From Gammaproteobacteria bacterium (GTDB lineage Bacteria; Pseudomonadota; Gammaproteobacteria; JBCCGL01): a stretch of DNA of 64,000 bases. Shown piece after piece: positions 1 to 10,094 of this stretch. The stretch is taken from contig OZ255836.1 of assembly GCA_965277715.1 (NCBI GenBank), positions 2,016,001-2,080,000 of the forward strand. Direction: 5' to 3'. Made by a program: the position numbers and the translations under genes. Positions within the stretch are counted from its first letter, which is position 1, and every line of letters starts with the position of its first letter. Under the pieces are notes generated by a model. It had not been told where the DNA came from. It was given only the letters and a program-made list of their open reading frames with translations, and did no database searches.

Positions 1-244
1 TGCTACGTGTCAATAGTAATTGGTATGTAACACCAAATTTCAGCACGCGATGAAACTTAACGGATTTAATCGTGGCAATTATTTCTGTTGCCGGGAGTAT
101 GGTTTTTGCATAGTCCAATACACTTTCGATTATCAGTACACCGGGCACGATAGCCTGACCGGGAAAATGCCCCGGTTTGGCGGGATGATTGCTATCGACG
201 GATAAATGACATTGCATAACGGTTTTAACATTGCTGGCTGACAC
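1..244 (-). CDS. FabA/FabZ-like 3-hydroxyacyl-ACP dehydratase (ApeI-like), runs off the window edge
   Basis: Not in the ORF track. Manual translation from GTG at 244 (GGAGG upstream) gives ...SNHPAKPGHFPGQAIVPGVLII...SVKFHRVL, the HP..GHFPG..IVPGV hot-dog dehydratase motif. Confidence 0.8.
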   Translation of the reverse strand, partial: MSASNVKTVMQCHLSVDSNHPAKPGHFPGQAIVPGVLIIESVLDYAKTILPATEIIATIKSVKFHRVLKFGVTYQLLLTRS

Positions 245-1625
245 CCCTACCTCCCTGCAATGTATTCCACAGTTGGGTAACTGCACTAATGGGTAACTTC
301 CCACTTGGATTGCGTGGCAGTTTATCGACGATATAAACAGGTCTCGGAATAAATACCGGGTCGATCAGGTAACGCAGTTGATCGGCAATCTCGTCCGGCT
401 TTTTACCGTGCGCCACAACCATTGCTGTCAACCGGGTCAGATAGAGTTCCTTATTATTTTCAGTATCGGGGGGTAAAAAAACAATGGCATCATCAACACC
501 TTCAATAGACTGCACCATTGTGTTCAGATAGTTTAGTGATTGCCGTTTACCCGCAATTTTGACTAAGTCCTGCTCCCGCCCTCTCAATTCAAAATAACCC
601 GGTTGGCCCAGTGTAATATGATCGCCCAAATGCGCTGGTGCAGGTAAACCAGGCGCATCAACCCACACACCATCGTCTACAGGCGTTAGGCTGACACCAT
701 TCATTAAGCGCCAACGGGACTCACGACAGGTGTGTCGCATGGCAATTGCCCCTGTTTCCGAGCTGCCATAAATCTCAAAGGTGCAACAATCAAAACGTTG
801 CTCACCGGCAGACGCCAGATCGGCGTTTAGGGGTGCCGTCGCCGAGACAATCATCGCCAGCCCAAGGTAGCTATTATTTGCACGCACCAACGCACGCAGG
901 TGTAGCGGTGTGGTAATCAACACACTTTTACCATCAATGCTTTCCTGCGCCGCTTTTATATCTGCCGGGTAAAACGATTGCCCCGTCCAGAGCGGGCGGG
1001 TCGACTGCAAAGGCAGCATAATACTGGTTTCAAATCCAAACATATGTTGCCCAGGCACCGTGGCGATAAGGGCATTACACCGCGCCCCCTGAAGGCCGAG
1101 CAACTGATCGAGTTGTCGCGCCGAATGAACCAGTTTAAACCAACTCATCGGTTGTGGTTTAGGGTCACCTGTACTGCCGGATGTAAACAGCACAGCTACC
1201 GTGTGCGATGATTTTATCACTGGGTTAAACGCAGCATACTGCCCACAGGCAGTGCCACCAAAGCCACCAGCGTCCAATAGCACATCGGGGTGTGGGTGGT
1301 CGCCGGTCAACGCATCTGATAACAGATAACTGTCTGGGTATTTTGCAAGCACTTGATCAATGGCACCACGCGCCACACTGGGTGGTAGCAATGTAGTCTG
1401 GCCAGCACAAAGGGCTGCGGCAAAACTAACCATAAAGTGGTAGCGGTTTTGGCTAGTGTTAACGACATATTGCTGTTGTCGCAGTTGTGAAATAACGCGC
1501 TGCACATCGCATAGAAAAGTAGCGACATCAATTAATGCACCATCGTAATAGGCAAAGTGCCGACCTGCTGTCGCATCGCGCAGCAGTGGTATCGTCTCAT
1601 CCGTTGGTGAATTTGCCCAATACAT
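225..1625 (-). CDS. AMP-binding acyl-ACP/CoA ligase (aryl-polyene/xanthomonadin type)
   Basis: FTSGSTGDPK, YGSSETG, GR..DLVKIAGKR and LPRNPSGK adenylation motifs. Likely start is the ATG at 1625, just after the upstream stop. Confidence 0.8.
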   Translation of the reverse strand: MYWANSPTDETIPLLRDATAGRHFAYYDGALIDVATFLCDVQRVISQLRQQQYVVNTSQNRYHFMVSFAAALCAGQTTLLPPSVARGAIDQVLAKYPDSYLLSDALTGDHPHPDVLLDAGGFGGTACGQYAAFNPVIKSSHTVAVLFTSGSTGDPKPQPMSWFKLVHSARQLDQLLGLQGARCNALIATVPGQHMFGFETSIMLPLQSTRPLWTGQSFYPADIKAAQESIDGKSVLITTPLHLRALVRANNSYLGLAMIVSATAPLNADLASAGEQRFDCCTFEIYGSSETGAIAMRHTCRESRWRLMNGVSLTPVDDGVWVDAPGLPAPAHLGDHITLGQPGYFELRGREQDLVKIAGKRQSLNYLNTMVQSIEGVDDAIVFLPPDTENNKELYLTRLTAMVVAHGKKPDEIADQLRYLIDPVFIPRPVYIVDKLPRNPSGKLPISAVTQLWNTLQGGRGVSQQC

Positions 1626-1626
1626 T

Positions 1627-2241
1627 TCAGTTGGCACACAGCTTTCGATAATAAGAGCGTGCAAGCGAAAAAATGAAATACCCAAAACCCTTGCGCGTCT
1701 GCCTGGGGAGTAACCGACGTCTAACCAGAAACTCGATAATAAAAAATAAACCCACAAAAATATAATTGACAAAACCTGTCATTAAAGACCAGATCTCTAA
1801 CGAAGCCCACATGGCCAATACAGCAGATTCAAGTGCAAGCAGTACGAAAAAAACAGCCCAAACCAAGGTTAATGAGCGTGTGTAATGACGGGTTGCCGTA
1901 TCGACCTCATCGCCCATTGACTGTGCAATACGGGTAATAAGTGGCAGGCGTTGCCCAAATAGCGTATGCGCAAAAAAACCGGCCAGTAATAAATTGATTA
2001 ACACCGGGTTCATTTTAATCAGCCACGGCCCCTGATCATTGCAGCCGATTAACACGACAGAGGCAATAACCAGGCCCGATACGGCACAAAATATCCGGTT
2101 TCTATTTTGTAGCATAAGCAGACCTACCAACAGGCAGATTGTGCCCATCGTCAACCACAAAGCCAGTGGTGCCAATGTGAGGGAATAGATATGCACCAAC
2201 ACGGGATAGCTAACCAATAGTAACAAACTGATAACTTTCAC
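1627..2241 (-). CDS. Membrane protein of the type found in aryl-polyene/xanthomonadin clusters (COG4648-like)
   Basis: Several TM segments, with PLITRIA, YTRSLT.VW and W..MTGFVNY motifs; lies between the ACP and the ligase. Confidence 0.7.
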   Translation of the reverse strand: MKVISLLLLVSYPVLVHIYSLTLAPLALWLTMGTICLLVGLLMLQNRNRIFCAVSGLVIASVVLIGCNDQGPWLIKMNPVLINLLLAGFFAHTLFGQRLPLITRIAQSMGDEVDTATRHYTRSLTLVWAVFFVLLALESAVLAMWASLEIWSLMTGFVNYIFVGLFFIIEFLVRRRLLPRQTRKGFGYFIFSLARSYYRKLCAN

Positions 2242-2279
2242 TGGTCAGTGATTCATAGCATGTGCGCGTTTACAGCACC

Positions 2280-2549
2280 TTAGTGGGTTTTATTCGACTG
2301 GATAAAGTGGCTAAGCGCCCGCAACGAGGAAAACACCTGTTTAACATCGGCCTCACTTGAATTGATCTGGATACCAAAACGCTGTGAAATAGCCAGATCC
2401 AGCTCAAGCGCATCAATTGAATCGAGGCCAAGCCCTTCGCGAAACAAAGGGGCCTCTGGTGCAATATCATCAATCGTAATATCTTCCAGATTAAGTGTAT
2501 CGATTATTAATGCAGCTACTTCCTGCTCCATTTCAAATACTCCTGTCAT
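2280..2549 (-). CDS. Acyl carrier protein
   Basis: GLGLDSIDALEL phosphopantetheine-attachment motif; acidic, 89 aa. Confidence 0.9.
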   Translation of the reverse strand: MTGVFEMEQEVAALIIDTLNLEDITIDDIAPEAPLFREGLGLDSIDALELDLAISQRFGIQINSSEADVKQVFSSLRALSHFIQSNKTH

Positions 2550-2660
2550 GACGCTGTACTCAAGGCCTCGTTATTGTGGCGCGAGTATAACAAACTAGCC
2601 GCTTACCCGAGAACAGGTTTTTTAGAGGAAACGCCCGCTCCAGAAAATCTAACCAACTCC

Positions 2661-4851
<2,191 letters not shown>

Positions 4852-4887
4852 GGCGTGCGATATTAGCATAGCGGTGTCGATATAGGC

Positions 4888-4916
4888 TTTACCTAAACCG
4901 GCTTATTGCCTAGAAT
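4888..4916 (+). promoter_or_regulatory. Putative sigma70 promoter of tRNA-Leu(CAA)
   Basis: TTTACC-N17-TAGAAT followed by a GC-rich discriminator (agccgccc). Confidence 0.55.
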
Positions 4917-4957
4917 AGCCGCCCTGTCGCGCAGTCAACACTGTGCCAGTCACTCAG

Positions 4958-5041
4958 GCCGGGGTGGCGGAATTGGTAGACGCGCCGGATTCAAAATCCG
5001 GTTCTGGTAACAGAGTGAGAGTTCAAGTCTCTCTCCCGGCA
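4958..5041 (+). tRNA. tRNA-Leu(CAA), CCA not encoded
   Basis: Acceptor stem GCCGGGG/TCCCGGC; anticodon arm CCGGA-TTCAAAA-TCCGG; long variable arm; GTTCAAG T-loop; followed by A-CTA. Confidence 0.95.
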
Positions 5042-5170
5042 CTAAAGGTGATAGGGGCGCATTCCCAAAAAGTGGGTATAGTGCTGACCAAAATTTGGTA
5101 AAAAAGATGTAGAAAAGCCACTTAAGCCACTAATATATCGATGTTTTTGTTGCCGCAAAGACACACGAAT

Positions 5171-5455
5171 ATGTTTAGCGACTTAAGCAGCCTGACCGCT
5201 CTCCCAGAATACCAAAGCCAAGTACAAGCCTTCTGCGAAGAGCTTGAAACCTTATTTGCCACGCCGGTATCACTAATAAAGTGCCGAAGACTTCGAGGTG
5301 CTTGAATCCTCGTTGCGTGCAAGTTGTCGCCAACTCGCTGATTGGCTGTCTGCTGCCAAGGTTCAAGCGACCATTCAAAGTAAAGCTTTGAAAGAAGAAG
5401 TGCGGCAACTGATCCAACTACAACCGGGTAAACGCCGGTATTGGGGGTCATATAT
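5171..5455 (+). pseudogene. Frameshifted N-terminal gene fragment cut by the IS, possibly another transposase
   Basis: MFSDLSS...ATPVSLI shifts frame near 5278 into SAEDFEVLESSLRASCRQLAD...GKRRYWGSY, which ends at the IS left IR. Confidence 0.4.
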
Positions 5456-7015
5456 CAATGGCACTAAGTTAAGCGGTTTTAGTGGGTAAAATAAACGAAA
5501 AAATAACTGTAATAGACCCAAGAAAACAGGCTGAAATGTTATAATTTTGTATGAAAAATACAACCTTATTTCTACCCGGATTTAACATCCAAACACTCCG
5601 CAAAACACCCCGTTCAGCCATTCAAATCTTGCACGATAAGATAGCAAAAATACATCACAAATCACTGAGTGAACTATCTGTTTTTCTTGGCGATATCATA
5701 CCCACGAATATTCTTAAACCGAATGATTGTGGTGTGAATAGTCGTCGACGTATTTTCAGTAAAGAAAATACTTTCTGGTTGTTTTTTTCACAAATAATGA
5801 ACGCCGATGGTGGCTGTAAAGAAATCGTTAGACAACTGCAAAATGTCGCCCACAACCAAGGCATTCCCATACCTTCATCATCCACCTCCGCCTATTGCCA
5901 AGCACGTAAAAAACTACCCATGGACGATCTTAAAAACGTATTTTCAGGGACGTGTCGATTATCGCCACCTCAACCCAAAGCGCTCCAAGGCCGACCAGTT
6001 ATCGTTGCCGATGGCACGGGCCTATCCATGCCCGATACGCCCGCGAATCAACAAACTTACCCACAACCGAAATCACAAACACAGGGATGCGGATTTCCTC
6101 AAGCACGGCTTTTAGCTTGTTTTAATCTTTACAGCGGTTTAATTCTGAGCTATGCACTGGGAAATAAAAAAAGTCATGAGCTAAGACTTTTAGAAGAACA
6201 ATGGGATACCTTCAATGAAGGTGACATTTTCTTAGGTGATAAAGGTTTTTGCAGCTTCTACGATATTGACTGCCTCTCTCGACGAACGGTTGACAGTGTC
6301 GTTACATTGGCGCGGAGAACGCCCAGCACTGCCTCCCAGGCCAAAAAGAAGATAGCCGATAATGACCTTCATATTGAATGGCAAAAACCTAAACACACAA
6401 AAGCGACCCGTTACACAAAAGAGCAGCATAGCGACCTTCCAAAGACCTTAACTTTACGACAAATACACGTCAGTATTGTACGAAAAGGATTTAGGACGAA
6501 CCATTTTTATATCATCACGACACTACTTGATGCTCAGCAATATCCCGCTATAGAAATTATCGACCTCTATGCACAGCGCTGGAATGTGGAACTGTATTTT
6601 CGCAATATTAAAACCACCATGGGTATGGATATATTACGCTGTAAAACACCTGATATGGTTCGTAAGGAAATCATCATGCACATGATTGTTTACAACACGA
6701 TCAGGCACATCATGTGTGTCGCTTCATACCGACATGACACACCGGTTGATCGGCTAAGTCTTAAAGGTGTTTTGCAAACACTCCGACAAAGCACTTCATC
6801 ACTTGGTAGTGGGCAGAGTCCAGCACAAAAAAGACGGCAATATCTTGATTATTTATATGCAGCGATTGTGGATGATCGTGTGCTTCATCGACCTTTTAGA
6901 TTTGAACCAAGAGTGGTAAAAAGGCGACCTAAACCACGGGCATTAATGACTCGACCAAGGAACGTTTTAAAAACTGAATATTGGCAAGCTAAAGCGGCTT
7001 AACTTAGTGCCATTG
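5456..7015 (+). mobile_element. IS4-family insertion sequence (1560 bp)
   Basis: Perfect 19-bp terminal IRs CAATGGCACTAAGTTAAGC (5456-5474 and 6997-7015) enclose the transposase; no target duplication visible. Confidence 0.92.
5551..7002 (+). CDS. IS4-family DDE transposase
   Basis: VADGT, GDKGF and the Y..RW.VE..FR..K (YREK) signature; the stop lies within the right IR. Confidence 0.93.
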   Translation: MKNTTLFLPGFNIQTLRKTPRSAIQILHDKIAKIHHKSLSELSVFLGDIIPTNILKPNDCGVNSRRRIFSKENTFWLFFSQIMNADGGCKEIVRQLQNVAHNQGIPIPSSSTSAYCQARKKLPMDDLKNVFSGTCRLSPPQPKALQGRPVIVADGTGLSMPDTPANQQTYPQPKSQTQGCGFPQARLLACFNLYSGLILSYALGNKKSHELRLLEEQWDTFNEGDIFLGDKGFCSFYDIDCLSRRTVDSVVTLARRTPSTASQAKKKIADNDLHIEWQKPKHTKATRYTKEQHSDLPKTLTLRQIHVSIVRKGFRTNHFYIITTLLDAQQYPAIEIIDLYAQRWNVELYFRNIKTTMGMDILRCKTPDMVRKEIIMHMIVYNTIRHIMCVASYRHDTPVDRLSLKGVLQTLRQSTSSLGSGQSPAQKRRQYLDYLYAAIVDDRVLHRPFRFEPRVVKRRPKPRALMTRPRNVLKTEYWQAKAA

Positions 7016-7480
7016 CGGTATAACTCCCCTTTTCTCGTCTAGTGTACCAATATCAGACTGCTCTACGGGTCGATGTGAACCAACCTCAGTAAAACGTAAT
7101 AAGTAACCATCTGGATCAAGCAGACCAAACTCGGTACGCTCCTCCATTCTATCTGTTCGCCAATACCATCTAGTGTGTAGCTCAACAAATGGTTTGATGT
7201 CTGCGGACAATGCGGATTCGTAAATTGTTTTAATATCATCGGTAAGAATCTGAAAGTTCACACCTCTCCCGTATGGCTTTTCTAGTGGTGCAGGCTCCCA
7301 ACTCCCATCCTGCTCCCAACATGCGATCATAATCTGGGCATTTCCAAGCTCTAAATAGGCGTGGAGATCATTGCCACGTCTCTGAGTTACAGAAAACCCA
7401 AGTACTTTCGTATAGAAGTGTAAGCTTTTATCAAAATTTGAACACCAGAATTCAGGTACAAGCGTGTGAATTTGGAACAT
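7004..7480 (-). CDS. VOC/glyoxalase/bleomycin-resistance family protein
   Basis: LVPE...SLHFY..VLGF, PYGRGVNFQI and DPDGYLLRF motifs; the last codons (QWH*) are supplied by the IS IR. Confidence 0.85.
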   Translation of the reverse strand: MFQIHTLVPEFWCSNFDKSLHFYTKVLGFSVTQRRGNDLHAYLELGNAQIMIACWEQDGSWEPAPLEKPYGRGVNFQILTDDIKTIYESALSADIKPFVELHTRWYWRTDRMEERTEFGLLDPDGYLLRFTEVGSHRPVEQSDIGTLDEKRGVIPQWH

Positions 7481-7593
7481 GGTTTTTACCTTTTATAAGT
7501 AATAAACAAGAATACCGGCATTTTTATACAACCGTTTTCTTGAGCAATCTTTGGGAGAAGTGGATAAATCGTCTATTAATTAAGGTAACTGCA

Positions 7594-7662
7594 AGCGCAG
7601 GGAAAAAGGCCGGTATTGTTAAGCTGATTTCATCGCATACACTACGACATTCTTTTGCTACC
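7594..7662 (+). pseudogene. Tyrosine recombinase (integron-integrase-like) stub
   Basis: Reads SAGKKAGIVKLISSHTLRHSFAT, the HxLRHSFAT box II with an AGIxK lead-in. Confidence 0.7.
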
Positions 7663-8362
7663 GACCACGCATAAACTTCAACATCCAGCCTGCGACAACA
7701 TCGGAATCTGGGTTACCGGCCAATGATGCCATGCCATCGCAATAGACTTTCTCACCCAGTGTATCTTTGCGCAAATCCATCAATGCACGCGAATAGCCAT
7801 GGGCAAACTCCGGGTGCCCCTGAAAACCCAGTGCATAGTCGCCCAGTTGAAAAGCCGCAATACGACAAAATTCACTGCTGGCAATACACTCAGCCCCCTC
7901 TGGCAGTGCGACGACCTGATCCTGATGGCTAACCAACATCGAAAATGAAGCGGGTGTGCCCTCCATCCACCAGGGTGTGTTTTGGGTCTGCCAATGGTGG
8001 ATACCAACACCCCAGCCCTTTGTCGATTTTTCTACCCGCCCTCCCATCGCCTGCGCGATAAGCTGGTGTCCAAAACAAATACCCACCACTGGCTTGCGCG
8101 CATCAAGTAACTGGCGAACCAGCGCTTCGGCAGATTCTATCCAGGTGTGTTCTTCGTAAACCCCTGCGCGGCTGCCTGTTATCAGATAGGCATCACACGC
8201 GTCGGGGTCTTGTGGAAACACGCCATCGATAAGCCGATAGGTGGTAAATTCGAGCTGTGGATCCTGTCGACTGAGCAGGCAACGAAACATATCCGGGTAG
8301 TCATCAAATTTATCGCGCATGGATTCGCGCACTTCATCGCATTGCAGTATGCCTATTAGCAT
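7658..8362 (-). CDS. Class I glutamine amidotransferase (GMP-synthase-like, stand-alone)
   Basis: GICFGHQ nucleophile elbow and QGHPEF. Confidence 0.9.
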   Translation of the reverse strand: MLIGILQCDEVRESMRDKFDDYPDMFRCLLSRQDPQLEFTTYRLIDGVFPQDPDACDAYLITGSRAGVYEEHTWIESAEALVRQLLDARKPVVGICFGHQLIAQAMGGRVEKSTKGWGVGIHHWQTQNTPWWMEGTPASFSMLVSHQDQVVALPEGAECIASSEFCRIAAFQLGDYALGFQGHPEFAHGYSRALMDLRKDTLGEKVYCDGMASLAGNPDSDVVAGWMLKFMRGR

Positions 8363-8409
8363 GGGAGGTTCCGTTGTTTGGGTTTAAGTAAATCGTTGTA
8401 TTATAAATA

Positions 8410-8781
8410 TTAATCAGCATCACGGTTAACATGCGCCAGCACACCCTCAACAAGTGACGCTGACAGGCCAAAATGTGCCACTACTTCAAGGTTAAGCTGT
8501 GGATATTCGCAGCGCTTGCTATCGATAAGTGCAGGGATATCCCGAACAACATGATTACCCGCAGAGAGAAAATAGGGTAGTACCGTTATGTCACTGGCGC
8601 CCTCTTTCACACACGCATCGATTACTTGTGGAATCGATGGTGTGGCCATCTCCAAGAATGCATGGCGTGTAACATCAAATGCATTGTTTGGGTGTACGGC
8701 CAGGCGCTGTACCATCGATTTTATTTCGTTATTGGATTGTTCACGTCGACTGCCGTGGGCAATCAATAACAAGTAACGCAT
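8410..8781 (-). CDS. Small CbiX/SirB-type sirohydrochlorin chelatase
   Basis: AHGSR, AFLE.A.PSI and PYFL.AGNHV..DIP motifs. Confidence 0.85.
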   Translation of the reverse strand: MRYLLLIAHGSRREQSNNEIKSMVQRLAVHPNNAFDVTRHAFLEMATPSIPQVIDACVKEGASDITVLPYFLSAGNHVVRDIPALIDSKRCEYPQLNLEVVAHFGLSASLVEGVLAHVNRDAD

Positions 8782-8845
8782 TGACAAATTCTCGACCTAC
8801 AAAGCATCATTGATGCGATATCAACAGTATAAGGCGAAACACGCA

Positions 8846-9634
8846 ATGGATCTCGGTCTACACAATAAAACCATTATGGTTGCCGCTGCCAGTAAAGGAC
8901 TGGGCTTTGGCATTGCCCACAACTGCGCATTAGAAGGGGCACGCGTTTCAATCGCGGCGAGAACCCAGACGAGCCTGGACGAAGCCGCCGAGCACCTCCG
9001 CAAGGCCGGTGCCGAGGTGCTCACCACGCCCTTTGATGCCAGAGATGCTCAATCGATTCTCGCCTGGCGCGATGCCACCCTCACACGTTTTGGTGGTATC
9101 GATGGTTTAGTGGTGAACGCTGGTGGCCCACCGCCAGGTGGCTTTAGCGACTTTGACGATAACGACTGGCAGAGTGCATTTGAACTGACATTGCTCAGTG
9201 CCATTCGCATGATTCGCGCCGTGCTGCCGTCTATGCGACAACGCGGTGGCGGCAGCATCGTCACCGTTACCTCCTCATCCGTTAAGGAACCCATCGACAC
9301 ACTACTGCTCTCCAATGTTATGCGTTCAGGCGTAGTCTCTTTGGCAAAAAGCCTATCACAACAACTCGCGGCAGAATCAATCCGGGTCAATAACCTGGTG
9401 CCGGGGGTTATTTATACTGACAGGATTATCGCTCTCAATGAATCCCGCGCACAAAGCAAACACATTTCCGTCGAGCAACTTCGCAGCCAACAGGAAGCGG
9501 CTATTCCACTGGGGCGTTATGGCAGTAAAGACGAATTTGGCAAGGCTGGGGCGTTTTTGCTCTCATCCGCTGCGAGCTATATTACCGGAGAGACACTGGT
9601 TGTCGATGGTGGTTCAATGCGTACTGTATGGTAG
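8846..9634 (+). CDS. Short-chain dehydrogenase/reductase
   Basis: AASKGLG, NAGGPPPG, SNxxR variant active site and VDGG. Confidence 0.9.
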   Translation: MDLGLHNKTIMVAAASKGLGFGIAHNCALEGARVSIAARTQTSLDEAAEHLRKAGAEVLTTPFDARDAQSILAWRDATLTRFGGIDGLVVNAGGPPPGGFSDFDDNDWQSAFELTLLSAIRMIRAVLPSMRQRGGGSIVTVTSSSVKEPIDTLLLSNVMRSGVVSLAKSLSQQLAAESIRVNNLVPGVIYTDRIIALNESRAQSKHISVEQLRSQQEAAIPLGRYGSKDEFGKAGAFLLSSAASYITGETLVVDGGSMRTVW

Positions 9635-9677
9635 TCCGCACTTAAAGCCTGCCATAAACCTAATACAAACCCAGGCA

Positions 9678-10094
9678 CTAATCCAATCGCTTTTTCATAT
9701 GGTACAAAACCGTACCGATAGGCCTATCTTCAAGCACCCCAAAAACAGCATACCCTTGCTTTTCGTAAAACCCCTTTGCCCCCACTGTCTTTAAAAAGGC
9801 AATGACAGCACCTTGCTCCCGCGCATAGGCCTCAGCCTCTTGCAGTAGCTCGCGGCCAAACTGCTGACCGCGCAGCTCTTCATCCACCCACAACGTATTG
9901 ATCTCCAATCCATCCCAATAGACACTGCCACTAATACCGGCAACCAGCGATTCACCATGGTGAACCAGAAACACAAAATGCTTATCGTTTATCTCATGGG
10001 GTAAGCCCGGTATTTCCGAGGCAGCGAAACACCAGAACTTGTCGTTTAACTCAGCAAGGTCTTGTGCACAGGGGTTGAATATTTTTTTAATCAA
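9678..10094 (-). CDS. GNAT acetyltransferase
   Basis: LWVDEELRGQQFG and A.GFYEKQGY; TTG start overlaps the upstream stop. Confidence 0.85.
   Translation of the reverse strand: MIKKIFNPCAQDLAELNDKFWCFAASEIPGLPHEINDKHFVFLVHHGESLVAGISGSVYWDGLEINTLWVDEELRGQQFGRELLQEAEAYAREQGAVIAFLKTVGAKGFYEKQGYAVFGVLEDRPIGTVLYHMKKRLD

Noticed and set aside
20-205. 61-aa + strand ORF
   Set aside because: Antisense shadow of the dehydratase gene on the - strand.
1626-1772. Long N-terminal extension of the AMP ligase (likewise tgt, rnr, rlmB, sspA, petA and MttB extensions)
   Set aside because: These arise from longest-ORF calling; most overlap neighbouring genes or promoters, and downstream starts match the family N-termini.
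7481-7593. attI/attC site next to the VOC gene
   Set aside because: No convincing GTTRRRY/RYYYAAC pair with an internal dyad was found.
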